From the NCBI GenBank assembly GCA_964188305.1, contig OZ076889.1: a stretch of DNA of 64,000 nt; one strand, written 5' to 3'. Below are positions 36,923 through 50,010 of the stretch, piece by piece. Origin of the DNA: Podarcis bocagei. Its lineage: Eukaryota. Below the pieces are notes generated by a model that worked only from the letters and a program-made list of their open reading frames with translations, was not told where the DNA came from and made no database searches. The first letter of the stretch is position 1. Each line of letters opens with the position of its first letter. The position numbers were made by a program, and so were the translations under genes.

Positions 36923-39900
36923 AGAGAGAGAATGTCTTATGCTAAGCCATTGGTTCATCAAGCTTAATACTGTCTACACTTTCAGTAGCTCTCCAAGCTT
37001 TTCCAAGAAGGACCTTTCTCAGTCCTACTTGGAAATGTCAGGGATTGTACCTGGTGGAATATTTAGAATGCAAAGCATATGCTCTGCCATTAAGCTCCAA
37101 TGATTCCTCACCTGTCACAAGGCCAAAAAAAATTGTTAAATAGAACTAGGAGGGTGAGGAGCATGGCTCTTACATCTGGAATAGAATTTGCTTGGAGTCG
37201 TAGCTTATCTCAAAGCCCTGATGCTCATACACAGTTGAAATCACATTTGTACACTTACCCAATACAGTTTTATATATAAATGGTTTAAAATTATTGTTGT
37301 TTATTAAATTTATATATCACTCTATACCCATAGATCTCAGGGTGGTTACATCTTAGATATACAACACCCCATGGGGCTCCTTTTATTTGCAATATTCAAT
37401 GTCCTTTGGCTACAGTGGTCTAAGGTCAAGCAGAAATGGAAAGAATGATGAATGCCAGCATTCCTTAAACTGCTGTTTCCCAGTCTTATTTTTCATGGAC
37501 TAGCATAAGCGAATGTCAATGTCACAGCTCTCTAAGCTCTTTGAAGGGCTAACAGGTTGTGTGTGCTTTTCCCTCTCTGTAAAATAATACCTAGTCATCA
37601 GGTTGTTGAAGAATATACATAGTGGTAGATTCCACTAGATTAACACTTTTGTTTGCCTTCTAAGTATTTAACAAGGGTGCTCATAAGCAGTAGCTTTGAT
37701 GTGCCCCAGAAAAATTAACTGATACCTACTAATTAAGACAATCCAAGTCAGCCTGAGACAAGAGTGCCAGCATTGCTCTCCTGATTGCTTCTCCGTATTG
37801 TTGTAGTCCTGGGTATGGTTCTATAGAATGTAGCAAATCTGTACAGAGGTATAAAAGCATGCCAATCTGTCCCTGAAATCACTGGAAAATAAGCAGACTG
37901 GGTGGGTGGGCTGCTGCAAAGGAAGATACCCTCTGGTTGCTACTGCTACTAAGTGTGCTTGTTTATTGTTTATTTGTCTTGCAGTAGTTACAGGAGGGAA
38001 GCAGAGGAATCACTGCCCAACAACGTATCCAGGGATCCGTTTTGTTTTGATAACAAGCTGTCCTTTTTATTCTAAAGAGCACATCCCAACCCTGTCCAAT
38101 ACAGCCAGTGTCTTATTTCATCTTTGCTTCTGGCCAAATAAATATTTCCTGAGCCTGGATTGCAAGGCGCTGTCCTCTGTAGGCACCTTTATAATTAGAA
38201 AATATCCTAGGGGGTAGACCCAGATGAGCAGAGGATATAAACACACACATTGACAAAAGGGCAACTCTTATAAACAGACCATCGGAGAATATTAGACTTG
38301 TACTTGTGGTTTTTAGACACTCTGCCAGCAGGCAGAGCTGGGGAGAGTTTGGACTGCTGCAAGACACTAATAAGACAGTGATTTTTAAAGTAGCTTTATC
38401 TACAGCAGACACAGTTAAGATTAATTGCAAACTGCGACCAACAAGCCATGAAGTTGTACAGCAGGGGTTCCCAAATTGAGCTTCATTCAGGTGGTCTGCG
38501 GCATGTCTGCATTCAATATTCATATCAACCTCCAACTGTATCTGTATTGCTTTTTATTTCTCAAGTTGCATTTTACTCTGTTACAATCTGAATCCTGTGG
38601 AATGCAAATTGCAATACAATAAAATAAAATAAAATAAAATAAAGAAGCAATACAGTACAAACACAATTTTAAAACATACAGCATTTAGCACAGTGCATTA
38701 CAATTGCTACACCAGCTCTACTTCAGTAATGTCAGATTCAGGGCTTTTTTTCTATAAAAAAAATGTTTAGGGGTACTCATATTGACAATCTGCCCCTCAA
38801 TGAGGCCAAACGTAGACTCAAAAAATGTTTAGGGGTATGTTTATAGGGAAGTACAGGATACATGTGAACATGGATTACAAACCCAGCACTGGAAACACAG
38901 TGAGTGCACAGCAAATGGGAGTGCGAACACAACCTTTATATAATATGGTAAAGTAAAGCAGTATTTTGTCAGGATAAGCAATATTGCAACATAAAAACAT
39001 AAGGCTTAAATTTATTTTGAAAATTGTTTCAGAAATGGATAACTTTTTTAAAAAAATAAATCTGTTCGTTTGTTTTCTATAACAGCTTACTGAAATGTAA
39101 ATTAGTTGGATTCACAATGCAATGCCTCATTCATTAGAGGTTCCTGAGCAGAGGTTGCAGGGCAACATTTCAGGGATGCTGTAGTAGTGGATTCCCTGCA
39201 TTCGTAGGGGGTTGAACTAGATAACTTTTGAGATTCCTCCAATGCTCTGATCTATAGTGTTGTTTGTGTTTATGACGTAAAATCTCCACGAGGAAGATTC
39301 TAGTTTGAAACATGTCTATAGCATAGCCTCCTGTTAACTACATGTCATATGCCCATCGCCTGGACTGCCTTCATGGAATGATAAAGGTTCTGCAGAGGCA
39401 TCCTTCTGTTTTGCAGTTGTTGTTTTTTCAGTTCATCACTGATGCATACTCAAATAAATGAACCAAACACAACGAGGATTTCTACACCAAATCCAAAGCA
39501 TACCACCACTGTGTGCTCTGCACACTGCACAATTTCGGTTGTCTTCCTGTGCAGTGTCTGCCTGCACAGAGGTAGAGTACTGCCCTAGAAGGAGTTCAGC
39601 AGCAGCTGGGAAAGAGATGGAGCCACAATCCCAGCACCACATTCCAAAGATTAGATTAAAGCTCAGCATTGATTCGTGCAGCTTGGCTGGCTCCAGTGAA
39701 AGTTAAAGCGGCAAGAATGATGGGACCCTGATTAATCCAGCAGTCAAGAGCTTCCAAAAATAAAGTGGGTCAGAGGGACACGAGAAGGGGTATGGAAGAG
39801 TTATCACTCATCAGCTCAGGATTCCCATCCCCACAATTCCTCCCTAAAATGTCAAAGGTGACAGTGATTGGTCTGGGGTGCATAGTAACCAGGGAGGGGA

Positions 39901-41914
39901 GAAAAACAATACGCTTCCTATGGAAAGTATTCCATACCATTGAAAAAGCTGATCATAGATTGCATTATAGCCCCTGTTGTCTCTGTCTCATTTTTATAAT
40001 AAAACCCAGTCCAAGAGGCAGTTGTCAGGTGCACAACGTCCGCTTGCTACAGAGGCCCAATGAAATCACTGCTGCTTATGCCACAGACCAATTAGTGTGT
40101 AAGTTTCTATGTAAGTGGTCTTTTTAAAAACAGTTAAAAGGAATGGGCGGAAATCTCATATAGGTATGAATGGAATTTTGTTGTTCTTAAAGAAGCAGCA
40201 CAACTTTTTAAAGCAGCAAAAATCTCTAAAGATGCTGGGTTCTATATCATATGTCCAATAATGCCTTTGGCTGCTTTGTGCAAGTAGAAAGCACTTCTGT
40301 GCATCCACCCATTTTTCACGAATCCTCCGATCTTCTGCAACACTCTGCATCATGATACATATTGTTCTGGAGGGCCCCCCCCCCCCACCTCTCAGGAGCA
40401 GCTTGGAGCAGGGAGAGAAGTGGCTGCAGTAGATAGGGACAGGTCAGTGAAAACAGAATGCCTAGCCTTGCAAGAGCAGAAATGCTTTCTGCTAGTGCAA
40501 AGCTGCTCCCTGTTGATAGCTCCACTTTTCATACTATGTTCATAAATTGTGAAGTGTGAATGTGAGGAATACATATTCTCAAATACTTATACTGTGCAGG
40601 AAAACTTGATTTGTTGAAGCACATTTGTCAAACACTGGAGAGTTGAAAAGGGTTTTGGACACTGGGGAGCTCCTGTGGGGTTCCCAACAAAACATACTGG
40701 GGGGTAGGGAGAAATAAAAATGTAAGAGAGCGAAACGTATAGTTAACTGTTAAATAAAATCCAGCATGAACTTATTTCAAATATTGTCTTGCATTATTAA
40801 TGTGTTATTATAAAAATGTATGTTGGAATTTTTCAATCTTTATAGTCTAAATTCTACATGAAAGGTATTCAAGGCAATCTCCATCCTCAGGAAGTTTTGG
40901 ATAGCTCAGGGCAGAGCAATGCAGACATCCCAAACTTTTGCAGGTCAAACTAGCTTGTAGGCAAGCTATATATTTTTTCAGAATGCATGTACAGCTTACT
41001 GACCTCCAATAGGCAAAATCTGCACATTTCACATCACTTCCTCCTGATCTGGACCCAAAACCACTGGGTTCAAAAAAATTAGCCATTTTTATACTTGTTC
41101 AAAACCAGCTGCGTATTCCCTGCCTCAAGCAGGCTCCTATTCTCAACTCATCATCATCAGTATCATTTCCCTTTGCCCCAATCTACATTCATTTTTTAAA
41201 TATCAAATTGCACCAAGGCAGTATTGGTCCTAGTCCCCTCACTGCAATTCCACCTTAGCAAAACATCTCTAGATAGACTGACTGTGAAGAAGAAAAAGCA
41301 GCCACCTAAAAGACATAATACTTCTCCTATATATTCCTTATTAACTAATGCTATCATATTCCAGTGTATTGGAAACTTCATAGCTCCTCAACAAAAGGCA
41401 AACCCTGTACAATGGGTTTACTCTCAGGTTTGAGAACAACTTCAATCATTCAGATTATTTTGCGCTAGCAGAACATCTCCCCCAACATACTTTTGGTATG
41501 TGGTGCTGATTCCAAACAACTTTCAGTCTGTTTTTCAGTATATTCCCTAGGGCAGAGGTAGCTAACTTTAACAGCATCTGTAGGGTCACGTCTCCCTTCA
41601 TTCCTTGCTACTGGCCATGCTGCCTTGGGCTAATGGGAGTTGCAGTCCAATAATGTATGGAAGGCATCCCTGCCCTATGAAAACAGGCATTTTAAGAGAT
41701 ACAATTTTCATATGTATGTAAAGGTTTCAACAAAAGGCCCCATCGATCTTTGGCTCAACAACCAGTCCATTTTTTAAAAAAGCTAACAATGGCATTGTGC
41801 CTTCCTCCTCCTGTCTAGTCTGGAACGGTGGTCCCTCAAGGGCAGGAGGAGGGCGTACTGTCCAGGGACACTGGTCAGTGACCAGCCTTGCTTGAAGCCA
41901 GTTTTCCGTCATGG

Positions 41915-42120
41915 CTGTGGATAAATAGGTTACTTCTGCATTCAGGATTTTCCATCCATCATCCGCCCACACTGAACTCGTCACTTCATACTTAAAATAT
42001 AAAAGGGAGGCAAGGGAGAGGCCACAGCCAGAGTGAAAGTGAAGAGGTGACATCCGAGAGTGCTGGAGTCATCCTAGCCTGCACCCAACCCTGTCGTTGC
42101 TGCCATTCCATATATAGCTC
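41915..42120 (+). promoter_or_regulatory. APOBEC2 proximal promoter with muscle-type motifs
   Basis: MEF2-like GATAAATAG (about 41921) and CTTAAAATATA (about 41991). CArG/TATA-like CCATATATAG at 42108-42117, about 130 nt before the ATG. Confidence 0.5.
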
Positions 42121-42247
42121 CTGACAACTGTGTCTAGGGCTGGAACTTCCAGCTCTCCCCACCACCACCTCCTGTCACATTTCTGCATCTGAAGCCTAAG
42201 CACAGCTCTTGGCCCCGCTGTAGCCTTTGGACATCCACTGCAACAGG

Positions 42248-42393
42248 ATGGCTGAGAAGCAGGAGCAGCCGCAAGCCTCCCAGAATGGCGAAAAGGCTGA
42301 AAATGCAGAGAACGCAGAAAACGCAGAGAATGCAGAGGAGGCCGAAAAGCCACAGGAGCTGGAGGAACTGCCACCCTTCGAAATTGTAACAGG
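42248..42393 (+). CDS. APOBEC2: APOBEC2 coding exon 1 (MAEKQEQPQASQNGEKAENAEN...ELEELPPFEIVTG)
   Basis: Conserved ELPPFEIVTG end with phase-2 donor GG|gtaaga. Not in the ORF track. Confidence 0.95.
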
Positions 42394-43977
42394 GTAAGAG
42401 GTCTGTTTTATCTCATACTCAATGGCAGCAAAAAACACAGAAGACAAAAATATTTTTGCAGAAGTTGGCCGCCGCAATGTTTGCAGGGTTTTGTTTTTTT
42501 AAAAAAAGGGGTCTGCCCCAGGTTCAAGGTTTTACTGCTCTGAACGACCCATATTATTTCTAAGCTTCTAATACAGAGATTTAAATGTTATTCAAGCAGG
42601 ATGAACTCACAGCAAGTATTTATTTTACGATTATCATTTATGGCACTGAAACTGTTATTGTCCCTCAGTGGGGGAAATGCTCACCTGTGGGCTTAATCAT
42701 ATTGCAAGAGGTTGCTGGCTGTGTGCCCTCCCACGAGACAGCAAGAATGTCATGCATTTGGTTAACCTTTTCCACATATGCAGCCTCATTAAAATGAAAA
42801 AAGAGGAAACTTTCTGAGTAGGACTAGAGGGACTTTGCATCTATTCCAACTCTGAAACGGAGAGTTATAGCTGCAATTTTTGGCTCGTATCTAGGCAGAT
42901 AAAATCAAATTGTTTAAAAAGACCAACAGCAGAGGTGAACGCTAAGTCATCTGAGAGATCTAACGGGTTTTTATACAATACAGCAGGCATATAATGCAAT
43001 CAGAAAATCTTTAATCATAGAGATTGATTCATCTAGAAAAACCTTTTGAGCCACTGTCTTTAAGCATTAATAATATTTATCACAGTACCATATAAGTGTG
43101 ATACTTAAGACTTCAACTACAATATGTAGTGAGGAATTCATCAATATTACACACCTTTATCCTCTTACCATGATCTCTATGCCACGATAGTCAGTTCCCA
43201 AAACAAATCAAAAGTGGTCATAAACTGTAAAACAAGGATCTGAATTTGCAGTAATAATAGCTTAGCTAGCAATTTGAGTTTGAAATGCTGTTTTACGCTA
43301 TGCTCTGTACTGGTGTTGCAGAGGAAAAGAATGAGGCCCACCCAACTAAATGCAGATGAATAGGGCAAGGTGCTAATCCCCAAGACAATGCTTTGTTACC
43401 ATCCAGAGTCTAGGTGGCTCCTGGTTGCAAGTTTCATACACTTATGCTCTTTTGATGAGTATTACCATCTCATTCTATTATATGGAGTTAAGCCACTTCT
43501 GGGTGGAGCTATGGTTTAAGGACTAAATGTTATTCATTCCTTGGTCTCTACCAGAAATAGCAGCAAGAGAAACTGTAAATATAAACTTTTGACACCACTA
43601 ATTGCTGAATTATTTGGGATTAGGTCCCAAGGCTGTAATCCTACTTTACACTCTTACCTGGCAGTCCCATTGGAGCTAACTTCTGAGCAGACATGCACTT
43701 GATTGTGCCATAAAGGATCATGGTGCATATATTAAAGACACAACTGTTTACAGAGGCATGTCTTTGATCTTTCAGTTATGGATGTTTTTATTTTAATGTT
43801 TCAATTATATCGTTTTATTGTGTATTTTAATTTTGAATGCTTATACATATTTTAATACTTGAACAACTGATTTTTATGCAAACTACTTAGAAGCCTATTT
43901 GGCATTAAATGGTATATAAATTTACTTATCAATAACAACAGCAGCTTCATGCTACCATATGTGTCTCATGTCTCTCA

Positions 43978-44125
43978 GCCTGGGTAGCTCAGCTGGTTAG
44001 AGCTTGGTGCTGATACCGCCAAGGTTGCAGGTTTGATCCCCGTATGGGACAGCTGCACACCCCTGCATTGCAGGGATTTGGACTAGATGATCCTCAGGAT
44101 TCCTTCCAACTCTACAATTCTATTA
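43978..44125 (+). mobile_element. tRNA(Ile)-derived SINE with CR1-like 3' tail
   Basis: Head TAGCTCAGCTGGTTAGAGC...GGTTTGATCCC (A and B boxes) is joined directly to a CR1-type tail GGACTAGATGATCCTC...CCTTCCAACTCTACAATTCTA. Confidence 0.8.
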
Positions 44126-45569
44126 TTCCAATTGTTTATCAGTTGATTGTGACACAAAGCAAATAGTTCTGATAGCTTTACTAAAACGGCAATTGAACCA
44201 TGGACCTCTGGGGAGTTGGGAACGGGCAGTGTTATTGTATTTCTGACATTTATACACAGTCTTTCTTCAAAGGAGCTCAAGGCGGTGTACATGACTGCTC
44301 ATTTTATCTTCACATCAATTCCATGAGGTAGGTTAGGTTTACAATGACTAGCTCAGGCTCACACACAGTAAGCTTCATGGCAAAGTGGGGATTTAGATCT
44401 AGATCTTGACACTCCTAGTATGACACTGCACCACAGCACTATAGCTGTGTGCAAATACTGGATTATTAAAAATAATAATGCTGTTGAGATGGACATTATT
44501 ATTGTTACTACTACTACTGCTGTACTACAAAAACCAGGATACACTATTTCAGCTCTAGCTATAACCTCAGTTTTGTAAGAATGAACACCAACAATTCCAT
44601 CTAGTCCAAACCAAAGATGTTCTAACAGATCTGCACAGTAATCCCACTCCAGTGCAGAGAAGGGATAGTGTGTAATTCAGTGGCAGTCTAGAGGGCATTT
44701 GCATCCATAATGTCTTAGCTTCAATTCCTGGCATCTTCAATTAAAAGGATCAGGTAGTAGGTCTTGACTAAACAATGAGGAACTCTGGCAATTTACACAT
44801 TAGCAGCTTAAAATGTAGCAAGGCTGCTTTGCCCTGCTGTGTTTCAAGTTGCACTTGCTCATTGATGTACATACCAGAGATGGGCAGGGATGTCTTCACC
44901 TGGTGCCCACTGCCTGCTTGGCTTCCCCATGCCTGCAACCCACCCAACCCTGGAACTCCTATTCATGAAGCTGCTCGTGTGCTGTCATCGGCACATGCAT
45001 AATGGCTGTCTAAAATGTAAATATTTCAGTTTAACCAAGGGAATGTGGCTTACATTTCCAAACTGGACAGATGGAAGCTGGTTTGAATGAAGACATCAAA
45101 CAGCAGCATTCCTCAGGAAGCTACAGGTTGGATGTGGATTGTGCCAACATCACATATACACGACTTCATACACTAGCAATAGAAATTCACTGGAGCAAGG
45201 TCACATATCCAAAGCTATAAAGCCGAATACTAAAACCTTCATATTCTGTTCTGAAGATGCTCATTGTTTGTAACTTATTGTAATGCTTTTGCTAGGTAGA
45301 ATCATGCCTTTGCATGAGGTGAGGCATTCTGCCAGTATAATTTAAACTACTATCTTGTAGCATGCCCAGTCTTTCAGAGAGAGATCCGTGTTCACAGGCT
45401 CAGATAGCGATACTGCCACTTAGTATTACAATATTTAAGCATTCTTTCCAAAGAATTTATTGTTGCTGATTTTTAGGCTTTAGTAGGCTCAATTTCAACT
45501 TTTTTTAAGAAAATGAATATAGGTTTGAAACAAAACAGGCTTGCAGAGAAAATATACACTGGTGACATA

Positions 45570-45822
45570 CAGTGGTGCCCCGGAAGACGAACGCCTCGCA
45601 AGATGAAAAACTCGCTAGACGAAAGGGGTTTTTGGTTTTGCGTTGCTTCGCTAGACGAATTTCCCTATGGGCTTGCTTTGCAAGACGAAAACGTCTTGCG
45701 CTTTTTTTTAAAAGCCGCTTGAAGAGGCGCAGTTGCGACGGACCGTGCTTTGCAAGACGAAAAACATCGCAAGACAAAAAGACTCGCGGAACGAATTCTT
45801 TTCGTCTTGCGAGGCACCACTG
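45570..45822. mobile_element. Tc1/mariner MITE, family B
   Basis: Same TIRs as the copy at 27280, with TA TSD. Confidence 0.9.
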
Positions 45823-48800
45823 TATTCATATGAACTGCAATTGGTACCTCCAAAGTTCTTCTCATCTCTGTCAAATGAGAAGCAGAAGGTAAAAAAGTAT
45901 TATTTGCCTAAGATCAAAGGAGTTCATAGTGAGCTGAAATTTGAAACCAGTTCTAAGTTCAATTAACTGCTTTCCATGGGTAAGGTTAGGCAATACAAGC
46001 AGGGCTGGATTAAAACCGTTAGAGACCCTATGCACTGAAAAAATTAGTGCCCCCATATGTATTTCAACATAAGGATACTAAACCACATCCCCCCACCCAC
46101 ATGTGTGTGTCTGTAAGGAAAAAATATAATCAAGTACCGGTACACAGAACTCAAAAAACATCAAAAATAAAACATAGATTTATTGCAACATATGATGGGA
46201 TCTTATTTCCTTGCATTATTTTGATCTTTGTTATGCCCCCTGGTTTAGGTGGTGATAAGGAATAAAAAATAAAACAGAAAAATGGGGGAAGAATGTGGAG
46301 TGGATGCAAGAAAGTCTAATAAATGCCTGATTTTCCCCATGATGTCTACCTTTTTTTTAAAAAAAAATGTCATATGTCAAATTCTTTATTTTAAAAAATT
46401 CTGTTTTTGTGCCCCTTCTTTGATGGTACCCAAGCACATGCTTAGTCTGCATGCACCAAATATAAGAGGATACACTATGAATTCAGTGGTCTCATCAAAG
46501 CTTTGAATATCTGCAGCCAAACAAGCAGGGCATTTTCCTTCAGAATTTTTATTCTTTAAATATCTTGCGCTCTAAGACAACATAACCCCTGCAGCTGCAA
46601 AGAGAAATCTCAGATCAAATTTCCTATTTATTTATAAGCTTCAGTCTGATGAAGCCAGTCATCTAGCTAATGAGGGGATTAAAAACACCAAACATACCAG
46701 CATTTCTGCCTAATTATCCCATGGCAGTTCAAGCATTTCAATTGCCATTTGTAGATTAGAAAAGCTTCACAGTGTCTTGCCAAGTTTTTTTGATGCTGTT
46801 CCTTAACAGGTGCAGCAGCTGTGGAACCTGCACTGAGAATCTGACCAATCTTTATAATTAAGAATATCCTCTTATCCCTTTCTATAGTGTTCTAACTCTT
46901 CCTAAAGCTGCCATGTACATTTCATGAGACTCCTACAGATACATTAATTTGCACTGCATCCTTCTGCAATGGAAATTAAACCATCAGACAAATAGCTTCA
47001 GCCCAAAGGATGGAATAACACAAAGTGCAAATCCTGCTCTCTTCTCTTTGGCAGTGGCAGACTGCTGTCATGATCATGAGGATACCTGATACTGTGGCTC
47101 CAAAGTCCCTCAAGACAGCAAGCAGCACGTTGTTTGGCTCTTCACAGTGTTCAATCAGTTCCATACACACAGAGCTTTGTCCTTACAACAAGCCAGTGAA
47201 ATAGGTTAAGCTAAGAAATTGTGCGCTTCACAGCTGAATAGTGATTTGAACCTAGATCTCCCCAAGTCATAATCTGACACTCTTACATCATACTGGCTCT
47301 TACATTACTAGTTTCTCAGACAATTTCACAAATGGAGTTAAGCTAGAAAATTATATAAACAAAATAATAGGGCCTATTACAGTGGGTTGCTGCACATCAC
47401 CATAATCTAAGAGAGTGCTTCCAGACTCATCTTGTAGAAGTAATACACAGCATTTAAATATTAGAACCGCAGATCAATGAGATATTTTTTTAAGGAGATA
47501 TCTTAAGGACAATAAATTCACCAGCACTACCTCATAAATCAACTTGGAATTTCAATTCCAATGTTTTCCACAAGTATTCCTTGCATGGGAATAACTTAAA
47601 AAGTACTTCTGTAAGGGGACAAGGTAACACAGAGAGGATTTAACTACGTTTACAACAGAGCTTTAAATATCCAAATGTTTAGTTTCTAGTTTCAAGGAGT
47701 CATCCAATGCAGTAAGATTTATATAGCTCATTTTCTTCACTGGTAAAACGTGGATATATGTATTTCCCAACACTCACATATATAATATGCTCAGTCCTCT
47801 TTAAATGAACAGAAATGTGCAATAAAGAAAGAAATAATTAACCTCACATAGCAAATTGGGGGAGTAAGTCAGTCAGCCAGCTATTATGTCCCTTCTAGCC
47901 TCAGAACTGCAATGAACTATGAATTTTAATGTGTTGTAGAAGTCCCTTGAGCATTCTGAATCACTATTAGATTAGAAGAGAACAGCTATTGTTAGGGGCA
48001 AGTTGAACAGCACACAAGATAGCTTGAAAGGCAACTATGTCACAGACGTGCGCGTATGTGCTGATTTATGGGACGTGTGGTTTCTTTTCCCCTTGCCCTT
48101 TCAGTGATGAATAACTAAGCGTTTCAGAGCTGCAGGGGGCACGAGCAATCTGCTACAATTTTTGATTGCTAAGGACAGAGGCTTCAAAGCCTTGAGGCAA
48201 GATATTTTCCAGCACCGAGTTTAGAATCCACACACACTGGAATATGCACTCTGCACTTATGTGCAATTAGGCAGAACATAGCAGACACTATAGAGATAAG
48301 CACTACATCAAACAGTGCAGCTATATTGGCATCCACAATGAGCAAACAGTTTTCATGGGTGTACCGGGCACTTAAAATCCAAGAAAATCTAGGTGGTAGC
48401 CAATCTAGCACTCTCCAAATACTGTGGACTACAACTTTAATCACTTCCAGCCACCTTGAGTAGTGATCAGAGATGATAGGAGTTGAAGCCCACCATATCA
48501 GCCTGCAACCCCTAGTATACCCTAATGCTACCTAAAAAATTGCCATTCATTTTGCATGTTAAATTATCCTTGCTTTGAAGCCAGTGAACCTGAGCAATTC
48601 CATAAAAGATGCTGTACTGTCTTTCCTGTGGTAAACTAACAAACCAAACAATGGCACCTTAAAGAGAAATTGATTGATTTACATTTTGAGCTGAATCCCA
48701 CACAACAGAATAACTAGCTTCTACAAGGCAACTATCATGGAAGATTCCAAATCTTGACCCATCTATGAGTCAATCAGAGTCTGAACTTAAGCTTGCTGCA

Positions 48801-49469
48801 TAAAAAGGTCAGAGAAGGTTCTTTCTTAGAGGTACAAATCTCACTATGGGGTGGAGGGAGAGAAGAAAATATGTACTGGGATTAAGTGCTAACTTGTGTG
48901 CATTACACCAAGAGTAATTCAAGATGAGGCATCTTGGATACAAGAAAGGAGCTAGAAAAGTAAAGGAAGAAGCGAAAAATCTTAATAACCAGTAGATTTA
49001 AATGAATATAGAAAAATGGAGCAGGCAAGTGAATAGCTCACTAATAGTTTGTAGATACTTACTTTCAAATCATTTTAAAACCACAAAAGGGAAAATTAGC
49101 TTGTGTATATCAGCAACAGATTACTTGAAAAACAGCTGATGCAAACACAACCTGCCCTCTAAGCTGGAAACATCTGACGACTTATTTCCTCCAACTTTTC
49201 CCCAATTCCAATAGCAACTCCCTTGTGGTTATACCAAAGTTTTTTCACCAACTTCTACCATAAACCTCCAAATTACTTGAACATGGAATTAAATACTGTA
49301 TCTTCAGGAAATTTAGTCATTGCCCAATTCTTCTATGTCTCAGGCCTTAAAGGGAATAGCATGGTTACAAAATTACCTTAACACCACCAATAACTGAAAT
49401 TAATGGATGAAGGAGGTTGTGTGTTATTAGGTGTGTAACACTGAGGCTTTCTTTCACTCTTTTATACAG

Positions 49470-50010
49470 GGAACGGCTTCCAGCCTTCTTTTTCAAGTTC
49501 CAGTTCAAGAATGTAGAATACAGTTCAGGCCGGAACAAGACCTTCCTGTGCTACATCATAGAGATTCAAGGCAAGGAGTCAAAAACCTTACGGGGCTATC
49601 TGGAGGATGAACATGCAGCAGCCCATGCAGAAGATGCCTTCTTCAATACCATCTTGCCTACGTGTGAATCTGGCCTACGCTACAATGTTACCTGGTATGT
49701 CTCTTCTAGCCCCTGCGTCGGCTGCGCTGAGCAGATAACTAAGGCACTGAAGAAGAACAAGAACCTGAAGCTCTCCATTGCAGTGGGCCGTCTCTTCATG
49801 TGGGAAGAGCCTGACATCCAAGCTGCTCTGAAGAAATTGAAGGCAGCTGGCTGTAAAATGAGAATCATGAAGCCTCAAGACTTTGAGTATGTATGGAAGA
49901 ATTTTGTAGAGCAGGAGGAAGGTGAGGAACCTAAGGCATTTACACCCTGGGAGGACATTCAAGAGAACTTCCTATATTATGAAGAAAAGCTTGCTGAAGT
50001 TTTGCACTGA
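49470..50010 (+). CDS. APOBEC2: APOBEC2 coding exon 2 (zinc-dependent deaminase fold)
   Basis: ERLPAFFFKFQFKNVEYSSGRNKTFLCY, HAE and SSSPCxxC motifs, ending YYEEKLAEVLH*. Acceptor tttatacag. Total CDS 687 nt, or 228 aa. Confidence 0.98.

Noticed and set aside
43978-44050. tRNA-Ile(GAT)-like gene
   Set aside because: The stems are mismatched, the T-loop is mutated (GGTTTGA), and it is fused directly to a CR1-type tail, so it is a SINE head.
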